64,000 nt of DNA from Acidobacteriota bacterium. GTDB taxonomy: Bacteria > Acidobacteriota > UBA890 > WLXD01. The translations under genes and the position numbers were made by a program. The DNA lies in the NCBI GenBank assembly GCA_965248695.1, contig CBDFKD010000002.1:4416001-4480000 (forward strand), in the 5' to 3' direction. Below the pieces are notes generated by a model. It was not told where the DNA came from. It saw only the letters and a program-made list of their open reading frames with translations, and searched no databases. The stretch's first letter is position 1, and each line of letters starts with the position of its first letter. Of the stretch, positions 9,512 through 20,470 are shown one piece after another.

Positions 9512-11041
9512 CTAGGGACGGTAGCGCAGCGCCTCGAGCGCATGCTGCTCCTGTACCCGGCCAGCGCCGTCGAGGTCGGCGATCGTCCTCGCCACCCGCA
9601 GCATGCGATGCCAGGCGCGGGCGCTCAAACGTAGGTCGTCGGCGAATCGACGTACCTGCCTCAGCAGCGCCGGTCCCAGGCCGCAGGCGACGTCCAGACG
9701 GCGCGCCGGGAGCGCCGCGTTGAGCCCTGTTGGGGTGGCCTCGAGATGGCGATTGCGCTGGCGCTGCAGCTGGCGTGCGGCGATCACGCGCTTGCGCACC
9801 TCGGCAGTCGGCTCGCCGGGGTCAGCGTGGACAAGCTCGCGCAGGCAGGTACGCTCGACGGGGACGAAGATGTCGATGCGGTCGAGCAGGGCGCCCGAGA
9901 TGCGCCGGCGGTAGCGGGAGATCTCCAGCTCGCCGCAGGTGCAACCGTCGTCGCCCGGCCCGCGACCACACGGACACTCGTTCATGGCGCCGATGAGCTG
10001 AAAGCGGGCAGGGAATCGACAGGTCTCGTTGGCGCGCACGATGAGTGCCTCGCCGTGCTCCAACGGCTGGCGAAGCGACTCCAGAGCATGCCGCTGGAAC
10101 TCGGGAAGCTCGTCGAGGAACAGCACTCCGTGGGTCGCCAGGCTGATCTCGCCGGGGCGCAGCGGGGCGCCTCCGCCCATCAGGCCGGCAGGGGTGATGC
10201 CGTGGTGGGGGGCTCGAAACGGGCGCTCGTGCAGGAGCCCGCGTCCGTGAAGTCCGCCCACCACCGAATGCACCGCGCTGACCTCGAGGGCCTCATCGAA
10301 TTCCAACGCCGGCAACACCCCCGGGAGCGCGCGTGCGAGCAGCGTCTTGCCAGCGCCCGGTGGTCCGCTCATGAGCAGGTGGTGCCCACCCGCCGCCGCC
10401 AGCTCCAGCGCCCGTCGGGCCGTCTCCTGCCCCTTCACCTCGGCGAGGTCCACGGCGCAGGTCTGCCACCGCTCTTGCGGTGCAGAAGGCTCGGTGGCAG
10501 CGATCTCGCGCTCGCCGCGTCCCCAGGCGACCGCGTCGGCGAGCGAGTCGATCCCCAGCGCTTCGACGTCAGGAACCGCGCCGGCCTCGTCGACGTTGGC
10601 GGTTGGTACCAGGATCCGCCGCACGCCGGCGGCTCGCGCCGCCATGGTGGCGGGAAGGACGCCCGGAACCGGCTGTGTGCGGCCGTCCAGCGACAGCTCG
10701 CCCATGCATAGCGCCGTTTCGAATCGTTTCACCGGCACAGCGCCGTCGGCCACCAGTATCGCGACCGCGATCGGCAGGTCGAGTGCAGAGCCGCTCTTGC
10801 GGGTACCGGCGGGCGCCAGGTTGATGGTCGTGCGCCGCGGCGGCAACGCCAATCCACAGTGACTGCAGGCGGCGTGGATGCGGTCGAGGCTCTCCCGGAC
10901 AGCGCTCCCGGGGAGGCCGACGATCGTCTGCCGGGGGAGGCCTCGGCCACGGTGTGCCTCGACCGTCAGCAGCGTTGCGTGCACGCCGCTGATCATCGCG
11001 GACTGGATGCGCGCCAAGACGGCCGGTCCGGTGTCCTGCAC
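9512..11041 (-). CDS. comM: ComM/YifB Mg-chelatase-like AAA+ ATPase
   Basis: 'TINLAPA..RKSGSALDLPIA', 'GPPGAGKT', 'PFRAPHH', 'GVLFLDELPEF', 'LRVARTIADL'; AGGAG before GTG. Confidence 0.95.
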   Translation of the reverse strand: MQDTGPAVLARIQSAMISGVHATLLTVEAHRGRGLPRQTIVGLPGSAVRESLDRIHAACSHCGLALPPRRTTINLAPAGTRKSGSALDLPIAVAILVADGAVPVKRFETALCMGELSLDGRTQPVPGVLPATMAARAAGVRRILVPTANVDEAGAVPDVEALGIDSLADAVAWGRGEREIAATEPSAPQERWQTCAVDLAEVKGQETARRALELAAAGGHHLLMSGPPGAGKTLLARALPGVLPALEFDEALEVSAVHSVVGGLHGRGLLHERPFRAPHHGITPAGLMGGGAPLRPGEISLATHGVLFLDELPEFQRHALESLRQPLEHGEALIVRANETCRFPARFQLIGAMNECPCGRGPGDDGCTCGELEISRYRRRISGALLDRIDIFVPVERTCLRELVHADPGEPTAEVRKRVIAARQLQRQRNRHLEATPTGLNAALPARRLDVACGLGPALLRQVRRFADDLRLSARAWHRMLRVARTIADLDGAGRVQEQHALEALRYRP

Positions 11042-11162
11042 AGGTCTCCTCTGGATAGCGCCTGGCGCCTCTTACGGTTCGGATGCACGCGTCCCTCGCC
11101 AGGAGACGGACGAGAAGCGCCCGTTTCTCGCCCGGCGGGCCGATTTCGTGTATGACGTTGTC

Positions 11163-11603
11163 ATGGGCAAGCACGGCAAGGTCATCGCGGCGGGCGGCAT
11201 CCTCGAGCGCCCGGGTCCGGAGGGTACCGAGATTGCTCTCGTTCACCGCACCCGCTACCGGCACGTCGACGGCTCGATCGGAGACTGGGTGTTGCCGAAG
11301 GGCAAAATCGAGCCCGGTGAGAGCGTCGAGGACGCCGCGCTCCGTGAGGTGACCGAGGAGACCGGCTACGCCGCCAGCATCGTGGGCCCGTCGTTCACTG
11401 TCCAGTACCCGGTAGGGGACGAGCTCAAGAGAGTCCGCTTCATTCGTATGCTGGCGCTGGCCGCCGCCGGGCCGATCGATGAGTCAGAGGTCGACGCCGT
11501 CTGCTGGCTGCGGCCGGCTGGCGCCATAGCGCGGCTCACGTACGCGAACGAGCGCCAGATCGTGGCACGAGCGTTCGGACTCGAGCAGCCGCCGGAAGCT
11601 TGA
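11163..11603 (+). CDS. NUDIX hydrolase
   Basis: Nudix box 'GKIEPGESVEDAALREVTEETG'. Confidence 0.92.
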   Translation: MGKHGKVIAAGGILERPGPEGTEIALVHRTRYRHVDGSIGDWVLPKGKIEPGESVEDAALREVTEETGYAASIVGPSFTVQYPVGDELKRVRFIRMLALAAAGPIDESEVDAVCWLRPAGAIARLTYANERQIVARAFGLEQPPEA

Positions 11604-11647
11604 CCGCGGTTTTCGTCCCGGTGCTGTTGCGGCCCGCCGCCGCGAGC

Positions 11648-13714
11648 CTACTGACCAGTGCCGATCGTGTCGCGGATGACCAGCCGGTTGCCAGGGAACA
11701 GCGTTGTGCGGGTATTGATGCCGTTCCAGGAGCAGAGCTTCGCCACCGTGACGCCGAACCGTCGGGCGATGCGACCGAGCGTATCGCCGCGGCGCACGGT
11801 ATACGTGGTCGCAATGGAGCTGCCGTCCGTATGTAACTTCAGCTTGTTGCCCGGATAGATGCGGCTCGACGAAAGCTCGTTCCAGGCGCGGATGTCGCCC
11901 ACCGAAACACCATGCATTCGGGCGATGCCGTCGAGCGTGTCACCACGCCGCACGGTGTAGGTGAGCTCCTGGTCGCCGCCGGCGGCGCCCGGCGGCGAAG
12001 GTAGCTCCGGCGTTGCGCTGGTGCCGGCCGGCTTGGCAGCTACGGTCGAGGCGGTCGTGGTCGTGCCGCCGTAATAGACATCGAGCCTGTCGCCCTGATT
12101 GAGTCGATCAGAACGGAGGCCGTTCCATCGTTTTACGTTGGCCACGGTCGTGTCGTAGGCCCGTGCGATCAACCACAGGCTCTCACCGCGTCGCACCGTG
12201 TGGACGACCTTGTCGCCCTGACCGACCCCCGTGCGTTGGACCGTCTCGGGACGCACCGTGCTCGGCACGCTGGCACCGCCTGCGCCCTGCGCAACAGGGA
12301 TCAGAAGCTTGGTGCCAGCACGAACGCGCCGGGGATTGCGGATGCCGTTGTAGTCGGCGATGGCGCGCCACGACAATCCGTAGTCGTCGCCTATCCGCGA
12401 CAACGTCTCGCCCTGGCTGACAACGTGCTCGGCGACACGCACTCGGTCCTCGACCGGGATCGCGGCGTAGGCGACCCGAAAGTGGCGGGCGCGTCCGACG
12501 GGGACCCGGAGGGTGTACTCCGCGATCCGGGGCGTCGTACGACGCAGCAACTGCGGGTTGAGCTCCTGGATTGTCTCCAGGGTCGTGCCGGCTGCCTCGG
12601 CGATGACCTGCAGGTCAGTCATCGAGTCGATCGTGACCTCGTCATACTCGAACGGCGGTTGCTCGTTGATAATGAAGTCGTAGCGTTCCGGATCCGACCC
12701 GATGAGTATGGCGGCGAGAATCTTGGGAACGAACTCGCGCGTCTCGCGCGGCAGCGCCGGCGTCGTGGCCAGGCTCCAAAAGTCGGTCGCGCCGGTCCGT
12801 CGCATCGCCCGGCCGACGCGGCCCTTGCCACCGTTGTAGGCCGCGATAGCCAGGTGCCAGTCGTCGAACTCCGAGTAGTAGTCGAGAATGAAACGCGCGA
12901 TCGCCCGCGTCGACTTGACCGGATCGCGGCGCTCATCGACGAAGTAGTCGACCCGCAGGCCGTAGAGGCGGGCGGTGGGCGCCATCAGTTGCCACAGGCC
13001 CACCGCACTGGCCCGTGAGCGGACGACAGGCTTGAAGAGGCTCTCGATCAGCGGGATCCACGCCAGCTCAGCGGGCACGCCGGCTTCAGCGAAAGTCTCG
13101 AGGATCAGTGGCAGGTACCGCTGGGCGCGTTCCAGGCCACCTTGAACGTACTCGTGACGTTGGGTGGAAAGGAACTTCACCGCTTCGATAACGCGGGGGT
13201 TGTCGGCGGGCACCGGGATGGTGAAACGCGGTAGCGCCGGAAGGGTGTCGGCGAGGCGGGCGCGGAGCATGTCGATCTCGGCGCTGCTGAGTACCGGAAT
13301 CTCCTCGCTGGGCAGATCGGGTGCTGACGCTTCTACCGGAATCAGGTAGATGTCGTGTTGCTGGGAGTCGACACGGTTGACGACGGTGTTGAAGGCACCG
13401 CGGAACTCGGCCTCGTCGCCCACCGGAATGTCGGCTTCCATGAACACGCTGATCGCGGCGTCAAAATGCTGCTGCGCCTCGATCTCATCGCCGTCGCGCA
13501 GGGCTTCGACTCCGAGGCCGTAGTGACGGTCCGCCTCCACGCGGAGCTCCTCGACCGTGGGTTGGGGCTCCTCGATGGCCAACGGCGGCACCAGCTCCGG
13601 TGGTGGCGCGGTTGCCTTGGAGCAACCTACCGTGACGGTAACCACAGCGAGCAGGGCAACGGCCGCAGAACGGCCCGATGGATTAGCGTCGAAGGAACAG
13701 ATCGTGGTCTTCAC
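11648..13714 (-). CDS. mltD: MltD-type lytic transglycosylase lipoprotein with LysM repeats
   Basis: Lipobox 'VTVGC'; SLT motifs 'IES', 'AVGLWQLM', 'AAYNGG', 'ETREFVPK'; four clear LysM repeats; GTG start is inferred and overlaps the upstream gene by 32 nt. Confidence 0.9.
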   Translation of the reverse strand: MKTTICSFDANPSGRSAAVALLAVVTVTVGCSKATAPPPELVPPLAIEEPQPTVEELRVEADRHYGLGVEALRDGDEIEAQQHFDAAISVFMEADIPVGDEAEFRGAFNTVVNRVDSQQHDIYLIPVEASAPDLPSEEIPVLSSAEIDMLRARLADTLPALPRFTIPVPADNPRVIEAVKFLSTQRHEYVQGGLERAQRYLPLILETFAEAGVPAELAWIPLIESLFKPVVRSRASAVGLWQLMAPTARLYGLRVDYFVDERRDPVKSTRAIARFILDYYSEFDDWHLAIAAYNGGKGRVGRAMRRTGATDFWSLATTPALPRETREFVPKILAAILIGSDPERYDFIINEQPPFEYDEVTIDSMTDLQVIAEAAGTTLETIQELNPQLLRRTTPRIAEYTLRVPVGRARHFRVAYAAIPVEDRVRVAEHVVSQGETLSRIGDDYGLSWRAIADYNGIRNPRRVRAGTKLLIPVAQGAGGASVPSTVRPETVQRTGVGQGDKVVHTVRRGESLWLIARAYDTTVANVKRWNGLRSDRLNQGDRLDVYYGGTTTTASTVAAKPAGTSATPELPSPPGAAGGDQELTYTVRRGDTLDGIARMHGVSVGDIRAWNELSSSRIYPGNKLKLHTDGSSIATTYTVRRGDTLGRIARRFGVTVAKLCSWNGINTRTTLFPGNRLVIRDTIGTGQ

Positions 13715-15509
13715 CAAACTCGTACGCCAGGGGAGTGATGATCGTTTGTGGGCCGATGCGTATCGTCTCGCCGCGATCCAGCGCACGTCGAACGTCCGCC
13801 TCCGCAACGAAGTCAACAGGTGTGGCAACCGTTGCGCTTCCCGCCTCCCGCTCCATCGATCGGTCCGTCGGAGCCGCCGCGTACGCCCCGCGCGGTGGCT
13901 CTGGCTTCGTCTTGCCCACGGCTCCAGAGTTACCGTGCCGGCATGTCGCGCAACCGCAACCATCCTCGTGTGCTGCCAGACCGGCAGCCGCAGGGACACT
14001 GCGTGCAGGAGCGATTATACCTCTGCCGCGCAGAAACTCACCGACCCGACTCTCCAGGTCGTCGCCTGGTGGCGTTGCGGCCTCCTGCCCGCTAGTGGCT
14101 CTGGGTACGGACGCGACCGGCGCCGCCGTCGCGGTGGAGGCACTCCGGAACGCTCGCTGCCCATATGCCAGTCGCTTGACGTTGATCAGGTGCTGGGGGC
14201 CGACGTTGTCGGAGGTGTTGTTGTTTCCCCACGAGCCACAGCCCAGCGTCATCGACGGGAACAACCCGGTCGTCAGTCCCACTGCCCCGACCGCGGCCAC
14301 GGTGTTGACCAGCACCCGATGTGCGGGCTTGTGCAGACCGAATTCCAGCACCACGCTGTCGTCCTGCGAGTGGATCACCATCGTGTGTCCGAGGCCGCCG
14401 AACTTCAGCAGCTGCTTGCAGCGCTGGCAGGCCTCCTGCCAGTCCTCGACCTCGTAGAAGGCCAACACGGGCGAGAGCTTCTCGTGCGACAGCGGGTAGT
14501 CCCGCCCGACGCCCTCCTGCGGGCACACGAGCACCTGCGTGCCCGCCGGCACGTCGATTCCCGCCGCGTCGGCGATGGTCGTTGCCGGCTGACCCACCAA
14601 CGCGGTGTTGACCAGCAGCTTGTCGGTAATGAGCGTTCTCGCCAGGCGCTCGCACTCCGAAGATGACAGGAAATGCCCACCGTTGATCTCCGCCGCCGAT
14701 CGGACCCGTTCGCTGATGACTCGGTCACAGACGATCGCCTGCTCCGAGGAACACAACGTGCCGTTGTCGAACGTGGTGCCGGATATGACGTCTGCGACCG
14801 CCTGCTCGACATTGGCGCTTCGTTCAATGTAGGCCGGCACGTTGCCTGGCCCGACGCCGTATGCCGGCTTGCCGGCGGAGTAGGCCGAGCGCACCATCGC
14901 CATGCCCCCGGTTGCCAGGATCACATCGACGTCGCGTGCATGCATGAGCTCCCGCGTGCCTTCGATTGTTACTACCGTCATGCACCCGATGATCTCGCGC
15001 GGTGCGCCGGCGGCGACAGCGGCCTCATGCATTACGTCGGCGGCGGACTTGATGCAGGCCTTGGCGTTGGGGTGCGGTGAGAGCACTACGCCGCAGCGCG
15101 CTTTGATCGCAATGAGACACTTGAACATGGCTGTGGATGTGGGGTTGGTAGTAGGGATGATCCCCGCCACCACACCGACTGGCTCGGCGATCTCGCGCAC
15201 GCCAGCCTCGGCGTCCTCGCTGATCACACCGACCGTGCGCATACCGCGCATCGCCTCGACAACTCGTTGGAGCACGAAGTCGTTCTTGGCGATCTTGTCA
15301 TCGACGTTGCCGTAGCCGGTCTCCTCGACCGCCATCGCCGCCAGGCGAGCGCTCTCGCGCAGACCTGCAGCGGCCATCGACTCGACGATCGTGTCAACCT
15401 GCTCTTGGGAGGCTTTCTCCAGCTGCGCCTGCGCGGCTGCTGCGCTGCGGGTCAGCGTTCGCGCCTCGTGCACCGAGCGCAGATCACGATCCAGGTCCGG
15501 CAGGCTCAT
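13683..15509 (-). CDS. CoA-acylating aldehyde dehydrogenase, microcompartment-associated (EutE/PduP-like)
   Basis: 'PTTNPTST', 'ILATGG', 'GVGPGN', catalytic 'CSSEQ', 'EKLSP', 'LGCGSWG'; N-terminal 'DRDLRSVHEAR'; long C-terminal extension. Confidence 0.92.
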   Translation of the reverse strand: MSLPDLDRDLRSVHEARTLTRSAAAAQAQLEKASQEQVDTIVESMAAAGLRESARLAAMAVEETGYGNVDDKIAKNDFVLQRVVEAMRGMRTVGVISEDAEAGVREIAEPVGVVAGIIPTTNPTSTAMFKCLIAIKARCGVVLSPHPNAKACIKSAADVMHEAAVAAGAPREIIGCMTVVTIEGTRELMHARDVDVILATGGMAMVRSAYSAGKPAYGVGPGNVPAYIERSANVEQAVADVISGTTFDNGTLCSSEQAIVCDRVISERVRSAAEINGGHFLSSSECERLARTLITDKLLVNTALVGQPATTIADAAGIDVPAGTQVLVCPQEGVGRDYPLSHEKLSPVLAFYEVEDWQEACQRCKQLLKFGGLGHTMVIHSQDDSVVLEFGLHKPAHRVLVNTVAAVGAVGLTTGLFPSMTLGCGSWGNNNTSDNVGPQHLINVKRLAYGQRAFRSASTATAAPVASVPRATSGQEAATPPGDDLESRVGEFLRGRGIIAPARSVPAAAGLAAHEDGCGCATCRHGNSGAVGKTKPEPPRGAYAAAPTDRSMEREAGSATVATPVDFVAEADVRRALDRGETIRIGPQTIITPLAYEFGEDHDLFLRR

Positions 15510-15578
15510 CGCCGAGCCTCACGCGCCAGCGATCGTTTCGGGCGCCCCCGTATCACTCGAGGCCTGCCTCCGGGTCGG

Positions 15579-15887
15579 CTACTTCTTCTTCGAGGCCGGT
15601 TCCAGATCGGTTTCCGGTAGGATCTTCTCGACTTCATCGTGTGGGCGCGGGATGACGTGAACGGCCACCAACTCGCCGACGCGTCGCGCCGCCGCGGCTC
15701 CGGCATCCGTGGCCGCTTTGACCGCGCCAACGTCGCCGCGCACGAGCACAGTGACGAACGCCGCGCCGATCTGCTCTCGCCCGATCAGCTTCACGTTCGC
15801 AGCCTTTACCATCGCGTCGGCTGCTTCGATCGAGGCGATCAGGCCCCGAGTTTCCACCATGCCCAGTGCTTCGTAGGAAATCGACAT
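15579..15887 (-). CDS. Microcompartment hexameric shell protein (BMC-H, EutM/PduA-like)
   Basis: 'ALGMVETRG...[12 protein letters not shown]...GDVGAVKAA...HVIPRPH'. Confidence 0.97.
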   Translation of the reverse strand: MSISYEALGMVETRGLIASIEAADAMVKAANVKLIGREQIGAAFVTVLVRGDVGAVKAATDAGAAAARRVGELVAVHVIPRPHDEVEKILPETDLEPASKKK

Positions 15888-16104
15888 GCATCACTCCGTG
15901 CAAGGGCGGCGACCCGTGACCTCGCAGCCTGCCAGGACCGCGAATCCGGCCTTCCGGAACGGGCGGAAGGTAGCATGGGAATGCCCCTAGCGGTAGACTA
16001 GGCGATCACGGCCTGTGGGGATGGGAGGCCGTAACCGCGCGGGATCCGGCTGGCCGCCGCCGCCCTTGCTTCCCCGCGACCGCGATACTTTTCGGAGGAG
16101 TTTC

Positions 16105-17001
16105 ATGCCCACATCGTCGTTCCGTGAGCGCCCGCGGTCAGCGCGGACCGTCTGCGCCCTCGCTCTAGCTGTCGCGCTCGTATCTACTGCCTGTGCGGAT
16201 GCCGGGACACCGCAGCTGGACGTGCGGGTGCAGCTCGACCTGCCCGACAGCGTGCCGCTGGGCGAACCGCTGGACATCGGGTTCGCCTGGGAGACGGCCA
16301 GCGAGTTCGAGGCCCCCGCCGACGACTACAAGATCTTCGTTCACATGATCGATCCGGACGGCAACATCCTGTTGCAGGACGACCACTACCCACCGCAGCC
16401 GACCAGCCAGTGGCGCGCCGGCCAGACAGAGGGGTACAGGCGGTGGTATTACCCGCCCAACTCGCTCGAGGCGGAGTATCTGGATTTTGTCGTCGGGCTG
16501 TACTCGCCGGACTCCCGCGCCCGCGTGCGGGACGCCAACGGCGCCTGGGCCGAGGGCGTGCAGGTACATCGGATGACGGTGCGCTCCGACGACGTCTCGG
16601 GCATACCGCTCTACATGGAAGGCTGGCACCCACCGGAGCAGGTGGCGGAGCCGGAAGCACGTGAGTGGCGCTGGAGTCAAGAAAATGCACGTGCTGTGTT
16701 CACGAATCCGCGCAAGGAAGCAGTGTTGCATCTGCATGCTCATGGGCCGTTTGACGAGGTCGGGGCGCAGGCCGTCGTTCTGCGCATCGGCGAGGACGAG
16801 GTGGCGAGTGTCGCGGTCAGCAGTGCCGATGAGTTTCTCGAGCGCATCGTGATCCCTGCCTCGAGCATGGGCGACAACGAGTGGGTCGAGCTGAATCTCC
16901 AGGTGACGCCGGCGCTGGTGCCGCAAGAGATGGACCCGAGCTCCCAGGACGTTCGGCAACTGGGGCTACAAGTGTTCTCGATGTACCTGTCATCCTCCTG
17001 A
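16105..17001 (+). CDS. Hypothetical lipoprotein, probably two beta-sandwich domains
   Basis: GGAGGAG before ATG; lipobox 'VSTAC'; 'YKIFVHM.D..G....DDH.P..PTSQW' and 'GWH..E....WRWS' modules. Confidence 0.75.
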   Translation: MPTSSFRERPRSARTVCALALAVALVSTACADAGTPQLDVRVQLDLPDSVPLGEPLDIGFAWETASEFEAPADDYKIFVHMIDPDGNILLQDDHYPPQPTSQWRAGQTEGYRRWYYPPNSLEAEYLDFVVGLYSPDSRARVRDANGAWAEGVQVHRMTVRSDDVSGIPLYMEGWHPPEQVAEPEAREWRWSQENARAVFTNPRKEAVLHLHAHGPFDEVGAQAVVLRIGEDEVASVAVSSADEFLERIVIPASSMGDNEWVELNLQVTPALVPQEMDPSSQDVRQLGLQVFSMYLSSS

Positions 17002-17052
17002 AACGGCGGTGGGGCTGTCGTCTCAGTAGGGCAGGAGAGCAAGGAGTGGGAC

Positions 17053-18144
<1,092 letters not shown>

Positions 18145-18174
18145 GCCGCCCGAACCGAGCGACCTGATCGCGGC

Positions 18175-18333
18175 CTACGCGCCTGGCGCGCTACCGGGTC
18201 CCTGCGTCTTCTCTGGATGCTCGAACGTGGTGTCGCCGGTCGACATCACCTTGCGGAAGCAGAAGATCACCAGCCCGAAGATGAAGACCCAGGCGAGGAT
18301 CAAGAACGTCCAGCCTGCTGCGGTCATGCCCAT
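18175..18333 (-). CDS. 52-aa single-TM protein, MetS-like small subunit of the NSS transporter (missing from the ORF track)
   Basis: MGMTAAGWTFLILAWVFIFGLVIFCFRKVM...; GGAGGA 7 nt upstream; starts 15 nt after the transporter stop. Confidence 0.7.
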   Translation of the reverse strand: MGMTAAGWTFLILAWVFIFGLVIFCFRKVMSTGDTTFEHPEKTQGPGSAPGA

Positions 18334-18348
18334 GAGCGAGTCCTCCGG

Positions 18349-19929
18349 TTAGGCCGCATCGGTAGTCGAGTGGTTGCGCCAGGCGTAGGAAACGGCGAGG
18401 CAGAAGGCAAGGAAGATCCCGATCATCGTCAGCCGCGCGGCACGCACGTAGGGCACGAAGTCCGGGTTGACGCCCTGATAGCTCAGTACCGGCGGCAGGA
18501 TCTGGAAGATCCAGCTGCCGAGGATCACCAGCAGCATCGCCGGTGTGACGTACTTGATGATGAAGCGGAAGATCACCGGTACCTGCAGGTCGGCGCCGGT
18601 GGTGAGCTCGTTCCAGCCGCGGTCGATGCCGAACACCCAGGCGAACAGGATGATCTCGATGGTGGCGAACACAACCAGCCCGAACGTACCGGCCCAGAAG
18701 TCGAACTCGCTCAGGAACCCCTGCTGGTTGAAGAAGATCACCGGCTGGCAGCCGACGAACACCATCGCGCCGAGCACCATCGCGGCCTTCTGCCGCGTCA
18801 TGCGGTACTCCTCCTGCAGGAACGCCATGATCGGCTGGCCCATGGCCAGCGACGACGTGATGCCGGCGAAGAACAGCAAAGCGAACCACATGGTCCCGAA
18901 GAACTGTCCCGCCGGAATCTGTTGGAACAGCGTTGGCATGAGCGCGAACGGCAAGTCGAAGCCGCTGCTGGCAAGCTCCAACGTTCGATCAAGACCGAAG
19001 AAGGCGACGGCGGCGGGAATCGCCAATGTCCCACCGAGCACGACCTCGGCGAACTCGTTTGTCGCCGCTGTCGCCAGGCCCGTCAGCGCAACATCGTCTT
19101 TCTCGCGCAGGTAGCTGGCGTAACAGTGAATCGATCCCAGCCCGAGGCTGAGCGTGAAGAAGACTTGCCCGGCCGCCGCCAGCCATACGCTGGGGCTGGT
19201 GAACATGTCCGGTACCGGGTTCCACACGAACCCCATGCCGGCGCTGACGCTGTAGTCAGGGAGCGCCGGGTCCGGCGTCCCCAGCGTCAGCACCCGGATC
19301 ACCAGCACGATGGCGAACACGAACAGGGTCGGCAGGGCGATCTTGGCGATCGCTTCGATCCCACCGGACACGCCCTTGGAGAGAATCCAGACGTTGGCGC
19401 ACAACGTCACCAGGAACAGCACCCAGGCCCACGACACCGAGCTGAAATAGGTGAGTCCGGCACCGGACACAGCCGGATCACTCATGTCGATCGGGATGCC
19501 GTGGTAGCTGCGCAGGAACGCCAGCATGGGCTCGTATTCGGCGGCGCCCCAGTAGGATCCGGTGGCGGTGAAGATCGTGTAGCCGAGCGACCACGACTCG
19601 ATATAGGTGTAGTAGATCATCACCACGAGCGGCATGAACAGGCCAAGCACGCCGACGTACTTGGCCGCCGGGTGGTCCCAGATCCGCGCCATCATGCCGG
19701 GCGTAGAGGAGTGTCCGTAGCGGCCGCCGTAGCGCCCGATCGACCACTCCACCCACATCAACGGGATTCCCAGCAGCAGGAAGCAGATGAAGTAGGGGAT
19801 CATGAAGGCGCCGCCGCCGTTGGAGGCCGCCTGAACCGGGAAGCGCAGGAAGTTGCCCAGCCCCACGGCGTTTCCGGCCATCGCGAGGATCAACCCGACC
19901 CTCGTGCCCCAGCGTTCTCTGTCAGTCAT
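18349..19929 (-). CDS. Sodium-dependent transporter, NSS/SLC6 family (LeuT-like)
   Basis: 'RERW....GLILAMAGNAVGLGNFLRFP', 'GQVFFTLSLGLG', 'FFAGITSS'. Confidence 0.96.
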   Translation of the reverse strand: MTDRERWGTRVGLILAMAGNAVGLGNFLRFPVQAASNGGGAFMIPYFICFLLLGIPLMWVEWSIGRYGGRYGHSSTPGMMARIWDHPAAKYVGVLGLFMPLVVMIYYTYIESWSLGYTIFTATGSYWGAAEYEPMLAFLRSYHGIPIDMSDPAVSGAGLTYFSSVSWAWVLFLVTLCANVWILSKGVSGGIEAIAKIALPTLFVFAIVLVIRVLTLGTPDPALPDYSVSAGMGFVWNPVPDMFTSPSVWLAAAGQVFFTLSLGLGSIHCYASYLREKDDVALTGLATAATNEFAEVVLGGTLAIPAAVAFFGLDRTLELASSGFDLPFALMPTLFQQIPAGQFFGTMWFALLFFAGITSSLAMGQPIMAFLQEEYRMTRQKAAMVLGAMVFVGCQPVIFFNQQGFLSEFDFWAGTFGLVVFATIEIILFAWVFGIDRGWNELTTGADLQVPVIFRFIIKYVTPAMLLVILGSWIFQILPPVLSYQGVNPDFVPYVRAARLTMIGIFLAFCLAVSYAWRNHSTTDAA

Positions 19930-20027
19930 CCTCAGGCTCCCGAACTGGGAAAAACCACCGACATCTCATGCCCCGAACGGGGCTTCGTCGACCCAGAACC
20001 GCGGGCTACTATAGCAAATATGCTCGT

Positions 20028-20056
20028 TTGACTGGTCAGTAGGCACGGGCTATAAG
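20028..20056 (+). promoter_or_regulatory. Sigma-70 promoter for tRNA-Phe
   Basis: TTGACT-N17-TATAAG; a divergent extended -10 (TGCTATAGT, minus strand, about 20008-20016) may serve the NSS gene. Confidence 0.65.
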
Positions 20057-20134
20057 GTTTCGGTCCGCGGGTCAGCTCGCGCCGCATCGATTCCGATGCG
20101 CCCGACCCTCAGACTCCCGCCAAAGTCTTCTGGT

Positions 20135-20207
20135 GGGCTCGTAGCTCAGTCGGTAGAGCGAGGGCCTGAAAAGCCCTGCGTCGGTGGTTCAATTCCGCCC
20201 GAGCCCA
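20135..20207 (+). tRNA. tRNA-Phe (GAA)
   Basis: Acceptor stem GGGCTCG/CGAGCCC; anticodon arm AGGGC-CTGAAAA-GCCCT; T-loop TTCAATT; followed by CCT, so CCA is not encoded. Confidence 0.97.
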
Positions 20208-20312
20208 CCTTGTAACACCAGGCTAGATCACCTGTTTTTAGCGTTTGAGCGAATCCGCTCGCGCGACACCAATTTCACTGTTTCTCACTCAAACGCATTG
20301 GTTTGCCCCCAA

Positions 20313-20335
20313 ATGTGGACACCTATGTGGACACC
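20313..20335. repeat. Direct repeat ATGTGGACACC x2 (candidate integrase arm-type sites)
   Basis: Copies at 20313-20323 and 20325-20335, about 105 bp past the tRNA 3' end. Confidence 0.55.
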
Positions 20336-20470
20336 ACACCTGGTTAGGGGTTTGGGCCGTCTGAGTGGCAACGGCGATCCCAGAGCAGCAGCTAGCGTTG
20401 CTCCTGGAGGCGGCTGAGGTAGCCGGAGTAGAGCCAAGGGAGATGTAGCGCGGCAGCGGCGCCGCACGCT

